From: Acidobacteriota bacterium
Lineage (GTDB): Bacteria > Acidobacteriota > CAIWXX01
Reading direction: 5' to 3'
Assembly (NCBI GenBank): GCA_016191015.1
Contig: JACPPM010000301.1
Coordinates: 5,472-69,471 of the forward strand
Length of the DNA: 64,000 nucleotides
Made by a program: the position numbers and the translations under genes. This document shows, in pieces, positions 59,941 through 64,000 of this stretch (within the stretch, counting starts at the first letter, position 1; each line of letters starts with the position of its first letter). The notes beneath the pieces are model-generated. The model was not told where the DNA came from, did not search any database, and worked only from the letters and a program-made list of their open reading frames with translations.

Positions 59941-60963
59941 ATGAAAGCCGCCGTCTACTATTCCGGCGAGAAGAACCTGAAAATCGAGGACTGGCCGCGC
60001 CCTGAGCCACGGGCCGGTGAGGTGCTCGTCAAGATCACCGCCTGCGGTGTCTGCCACACCGATCTCCATTACCTGGAGCACGGGGTGCCGACGTTTAAGA
60101 AGCCCCCACTTGTCCTCGGTCACGAAGGAGCGGGTGTGGTGACCGAGGTCGGGCAGGGCGTCGAGGGGATCAAGGTCGGGCAGCGTGTGCTGATTCCAGC
60201 CGTGATTTCGTGCGGGCGGTGCGAATACTGCCGGCGCGGCCGGGAGAACATCTGCGTTTCGATGGAGATGTTCGGCAATAATCGAGACGGCTGCTATGCG
60301 GAATACGTGACCGCGCCGGCGAAGGACGTTTTTGCAATGCCGGACGGCATCCCGCTGGAAGAGGGCTGCGTCATCGCTGACGCGCTGTCGACGCCTTACC
60401 ATGCTGTGAGGAATCGCGGGCAGGTACAGGCCGGTGAAGTCGTGGTCGTGCTCGGGTGCGGCGGGGTCGGGATCAATGTGGTCCAGGTGGCCGCCGCCTC
60501 GGGCGCAATCGTCTTCGCCGTCGATGTGTCAGACCGAAAGCTCCAGTGGGCCAAGGATTTCGGCGCTGCCCATGTCTACAACACCTCGGGCCGCGAGGCG
60601 CTGAAGGAGCTCCGCAAGCTCACCGGCGGCGGCGGGCCCGACATCGTGTTCGAAGCGATCGGGAAGACTGCCACGATCCAGCTCGCCTACGATCTCGTCC
60701 GCCCCGGAGGACGTGTCTGCGTGATCGGCTATACGGCCGAGACGATGCCGTTCAGCCCAGCCAAGCTGATGTACCGCGAGGTCTCCATCTTCGGATCGCT
60801 CGGATGTCGTGGCGTCGATTACCCGCCGCTGATCCGGCTGGTGGAACGCGGGAAGCTGGACTGCAAGCGGCTCGTCACGCACCGGTTCCCGCTCGATCGG
60901 ATCGCCGAAGCGTTTGAGCTGATGAAGGCGGGAGAGTCTTTGAGGAGTGTCGTGCTTCCATGA
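59941..60963 (+). CDS. had: Zn-dependent dehydrogenase, 6-hydroxycyclohex-1-ene-1-carbonyl-CoA dehydrogenase-like
   Basis: CGVCHTDL.Y...GV.T...PL.LGHE, IPAV..CG.CE.C, M.GN...G, ADA.STPY.AV as recalled for Had/BamQ; adjacent to an oah-like gene. Confidence 0.68.
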   Translation: MKAAVYYSGEKNLKIEDWPRPEPRAGEVLVKITACGVCHTDLHYLEHGVPTFKKPPLVLGHEGAGVVTEVGQGVEGIKVGQRVLIPAVISCGRCEYCRRGRENICVSMEMFGNNRDGCYAEYVTAPAKDVFAMPDGIPLEEGCVIADALSTPYHAVRNRGQVQAGEVVVVLGCGGVGINVVQVAAASGAIVFAVDVSDRKLQWAKDFGAAHVYNTSGREALKELRKLTGGGGPDIVFEAIGKTATIQLAYDLVRPGGRVCVIGYTAETMPFSPAKLMYREVSIFGSLGCRGVDYPPLIRLVERGKLDCKRLVTHRFPLDRIAEAFELMKAGESLRSVVLP

Positions 60964-60994
60964 GAGAGGCAGCTGGCCCGAGAAGGAGGTTTTT

Positions 60995-61957
60995 ATGACA
61001 TATTTCGAACCCAAATCCCCCGGAGAATTCGGATTCAAGGACATCATCTATGAGAAGAAGGACGGTGTGGCGCGCGTCACGATCAACCGTCCCAAGTTTT
61101 ACAACGCCTATTCCTCGCTGGCGCTCGAGGAGATGACGAAGGCCTTCACGGACGCGTCATGGGACGACTCGATTGCGGTCGTTGTGTTGACGGGCGCAGG
61201 GGACAAGGCCTTCTGCACCGGTGGCGACGTGAAGGAGTACGCGACCAGCTACACGCGCCGGCCGCACGACTACTGGAAATGGATGGGACTGTTCAATGGG
61301 GCACACGATGTGCTGCGCAACATCGGCAAGCCGACGATTGCCCGGTTGAATGGAATGGTGGTTGGAGGCGGCAACGAATTCAACATGGCCTGCGATCTGG
61401 CAGTGGCGGCCGAGCACGTCGTGATTCGGCAGGTGGGTCCGCGGGTGGGCTCGGTCCCGGCCGGGGGTGCCACCCAGTGGCTCCCGATCATGGTCGGCGA
61501 TCGGCGCGCGCGTTGGATGCTCTACATGTGCGAAGAGCTCGATGCAACGACCGCGCTCGACTGGGGTCTCGTCAACTTCGTCGTTCCTCTGGACAAGCTG
61601 GATGAGAAGGTCAACGAGATCTGCGAAAAGCTGAAGGACAAGTTTCCCGAGTGCCTTCGCTATACCAAGCAGCAGACGAACTTCTGGAAGGATCTTTCCT
61701 GGCACACAACGATTGGTCACGCACGCGATTGGCTGTCGCTGCACTATCTCTCGGCCGAGGTGCACGAGGGGATGAACTCATTCGTCGAGAAGCGCCAACC
61801 GGACTATCGCGGGATGCGGCAGAAGGCCGCTGAAGGGAAGAGTAGCGAGTACGTCTGGGGGCCATACGCGAAGGTTTGCGGGAAATGCGGGGCGAAATAC
61901 ATTCCGGAGGACTTCAAGTTCTGCGGAGCGTGTGGGGAGGCGTTGGGGAGCAGTTAG
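60995..61957 (+). CDS. oah: Crotonase-family ring hydrolase, 6-oxocyclohex-1-ene-1-carbonyl-CoA hydrolase-like, with a C-terminal zinc ribbon
   Basis: GDKAFCTGGDVKEYA..Y...P..Y...M.LFN, GS.P.GGAT..LP, FPECL, R.WL.L; tail CGKC...CGAC. Confidence 0.65.
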   Translation: MTYFEPKSPGEFGFKDIIYEKKDGVARVTINRPKFYNAYSSLALEEMTKAFTDASWDDSIAVVVLTGAGDKAFCTGGDVKEYATSYTRRPHDYWKWMGLFNGAHDVLRNIGKPTIARLNGMVVGGGNEFNMACDLAVAAEHVVIRQVGPRVGSVPAGGATQWLPIMVGDRRARWMLYMCEELDATTALDWGLVNFVVPLDKLDEKVNEICEKLKDKFPECLRYTKQQTNFWKDLSWHTTIGHARDWLSLHYLSAEVHEGMNSFVEKRQPDYRGMRQKAAEGKSSEYVWGPYAKVCGKCGAKYIPEDFKFCGACGEALGSS

Positions 61958-62113
61958 CAATTAGCCCTTTGCCGTTAGCTATTAGCTTCGAGCGGTCGTC
62001 CCCGTCTGAATGCCGGTCGCCGGCCGCTGGGAGCGTCGGCGCCGGGATGGTGCTCATCACACCCATGACCCGGGGACAACCGCACGGAGCTAATGGCTGA
62101 ACGCGAACGGCTA
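61954..62113. repeat. Family A heptamer-arm element between the convergent oah-like gene and acs
   Basis: ttagcaa ttagccc tttgccg ttagcta ttagctt ... cgga-gctaatg gctgaac gcgaacg gcta; both TAG stops lie inside the arms. Confidence 0.85.
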
Positions 62114-64000
62114 CTCCTCCAACGTCGTCAGATCCTTCGGATCCTGACCGAGCGCCCGGGCGCGCAGGACCCGACGCATGATTTTTCCGCTGCGCGTCTT
62201 GGGGAGAGAGTCTACGATCTCGATGTGTTCGGGTTTGGCAATCGGGCCCATCTCATGGGCGACGTGATTGCGCAGCTCTTCAATCAGTCCGTCGTGGCGC
62301 TCGGCACCGGCCTTGAGGATGACGTAAGTATGGATCGCGTTTCCTTTAACCTCATGCGGCAGCCCGATAGCCGCGGCTTCGGCGACTGCGTGATGGCTGA
62401 CGAGGGCGCTTTCGATCTCCGCTGTGCCCAGTCTGTAGCCTGAGACCTTGATGACATCGTCGACCCGTCCGATCACCCAATAGTAGCCGTCTTCGTCGCG
62501 CCGAGCGGAGTCGCCCGTCAGATACACGCCAGGGAATCTAGTCCAGTACTGCTGCACATAGCGGCTGGGATCCTTGTAGATAGTCCGGAGCATGGCGGGC
62601 CACGGCGTCTTGACGACAAGGAGGCCTTCCTCGTTGGGAGCGACCGGCTCACCGTCTTCATTGTAGATATCCATCTGGAGCCCCGGGAACGGACGGGTGC
62701 CCGATCCAGGTTTCAACGGAACGCAGGGCATAGGCGTGATCATGAACATGCCGGTCTCCGTCTGCCACCAGGTATCCATGATCGGGCATTTCCCCTTGCC
62801 GATGACCCGGTGGTACCACTTCCACGCCTCCGGGTTGATCGGCTCGCCGACCGTCCCGAGCAGTCTCAACGACGAGAGGTCGTGGCGGTTCGGCCATGTC
62901 TCACCGAAGCGCATCAGTCCGCGGATCGCGGTCGGGGCTGTGTAGAGGATGTTGATGCCGTATTTCTCGATCATCTGCCACCAGCGATTCGGAAACGGGT
63001 GAGTGGGGGCGCCCTCGTACATGAACGACGTGGCGCCGGCCAGCAGGGGCCCGTAGACGATATAGCTGTGGCCCGTCACCCAGCCGGGGTCGGCAGCGCA
63101 CCAAAACCGGTCTTCATCGTGGAGGTCAAAGACGTACTTCAGGGTGGTGTAGACTCCGACCATGTAGCCGCCATGGGTATGCAGCACGGCCTTGGGCTTG
63201 CCGGTGGTGCCGGAGGTATAGAGGAGATAGAGGGGATCTTCCGCATCCATGACCTCGCATTGGCACGCATTCCCCGCGATCGGGAGGGCCATCAGGTCGT
63301 GGTACCACATGTCCCGTCCCGGTTCCATGTTCACATCGGCGCCAGTCCGCTTCACCACGAGCACGCTTTCGACCGACGCCGCCCGCTGAAGCGCTTCGTC
63401 GGCGATCTGCTTGAGCGGCACGATCTTGCCGCGCTGGTAGGAGCCGTCGGCGACGATGAGCACCTTCGAATGGCTGTCCTCGAGCCGCTCATGCAGGGCC
63501 TCGACCGTGAACCCGCCGTAGACCACCGAGTGGACGGCCCCGACTCGCGCGCAGGCCAGCATACCAATGGCAAGCTCCGGAATCCGACCCATGTACAACG
63601 TGACCCTGTCGCCTTTGCGCACCCCCAGGCTCCGCAGGACGTTCGCGAACCGGCATGTCTCGCGTCGCAAGGCATAGTACGAGTACGAACGGAACTCCCC
63701 GTTCTCGCCCTCCCACAGCAGTGCCAGCTTGTTGCGACGCGCCGTCCCGGCGTGACGGTCGAGGCAGTTGTAAGCGATATTGGTCTTCCCATCGACAAAC
63801 CATTTAAAGAAGGGTTTGCTCGAATCGTCCAATACCTTCGTCCAGGGTGCGAACCAGTGGAGCTCGGACGCTTCCTTCGCCCAGAACCCCTCGAGGTCCG
63901 CGGCGGCGAACGCCGCCATCTCGTCCCAGTCCTTGACGTGCGCTCGTGCCAGCACCTCCTCCGAAGGATAGAAGATCTCACCTCTGAGCTTCTTGTCATT
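62111..64000 (-). CDS. acs: Acetate--CoA ligase (5' end lies beyond the window)
   Basis: [54 protein letters not shown]; the frame is open to position 64000. Confidence 0.96.
   Translation of the reverse strand, partial: NDKKLRGEIFYPSEEVLARAHVKDWDEMAAFAAADLEGFWAKEASELHWFAPWTKVLDDSSKPFFKWFVDGKTNIAYNCLDRHAGTARRNKLALLWEGENGEFRSYSYYALRRETCRFANVLRSLGVRKGDRVTLYMGRIPELAIGMLACARVGAVHSVVYGGFTVEALHERLEDSHSKVLIVADGSYQRGKIVPLKQIADEALQRAASVESVLVVKRTGADVNMEPGRDMWYHDLMALPIAGNACQCEVMDAEDPLYLLYTSGTTGKPKAVLHTHGGYMVGVYTTLKYVFDLHDEDRFWCAADPGWVTGHSYIVYGPLLAGATSFMYEGAPTHPFPNRWWQMIEKYGINILYTAPTAIRGLMRFGETWPNRHDLSSLRLLGTVGEPINPEAWKWYHRVIGKGKCPIMDTWWQTETGMFMITPMPCVPLKPGSGTRPFPGLQMDIYNEDGEPVAPNEEGLLVVKTPWPAMLRTIYKDPSRYVQQYWTRFPGVYLTGDSARRDEDGYYWVIGRVDDVIKVSGYRLGTAEIESALVSHHAVAEAAAIGLPHEVKGNAIHTYVILKAGAERHDGLIEELRNHVAHEMGPIAKPEHIEIVDSLPKTRSGKIMRRVLRARALGQDPKDLTTLEE

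Noticed and set aside
60995..61957. Crotonase as MenB (naphthoate synthase)
   Set aside because: It has AFCTGGDVKEYA instead of the MenB-type FCSGGDQ, no men genes are nearby, and the organism has the futalosine route.
63352..63999. Apparent frameshift at the acs 5' end (ATG at 63999 in another frame)
   Set aside because: The acs frame is open to position 64000 ([16 protein letters not shown]), so the real start lies just outside the window.

Overview
This is a high-GC bacterial chromosomal window from a diderm, most likely an uncultured Acidobacteriota-like organism (inferred from gene style, not from a database). It is mostly core genome: cca, tdh, LPS-core genes, glyA-rpiB, a futalosine menaquinone cluster (mqnP-ubiX-mqnL-mqnE-[insert]-mqnA-mqnC-mqnD), pyk, rsmA-dapF, a fused rplM-rpsI-rpsB-tsf-pyrH-frr operon, lolA, groES-groEL, galT and a 5'-truncated acs. 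Accessory genes include two ECF sigma/anti-sigma pairs, a REC-STAS gene next to a GAF-GAF-PP2C gene, secreted proteases and hydrolases, an orphan beta-propeller histidine kinase and an ExeA-like ATPase. I found no rRNA, tRNA, CRISPR array, transposase or integrase. Four things stand out. (1) Many intergenic gaps hold elements made of short tandem-repeat arms (7-mers and 8-mers of several sequence families), usually in inverted pairs around variable 40-150 bp cores; the arms often overlap stop codons and several share an inner (GG)TCCGG(A) motif. One pair brackets frr with a 32-bp inverted repeat. (2) About 3 kb of cargo interrupts the mqn cluster and ends in a diverged duplicate of the mqnE 5' end. 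(3) A TetR-had-oah-like module carries a perfect PaaR-type operator and an atypical zinc-ribbon-tailed Oah/crotonase, suggesting a variant benzoyl-CoA ring-cleavage module. (4) Several proteins have unusual architectures: REC-STAS with Asp at the phospho-Ser site, a split pro-domain/metzincin pair, and ExeA with six CxxC knuckles. Identity counts were made by hand, and family calls come from recalled motifs, not from searches.
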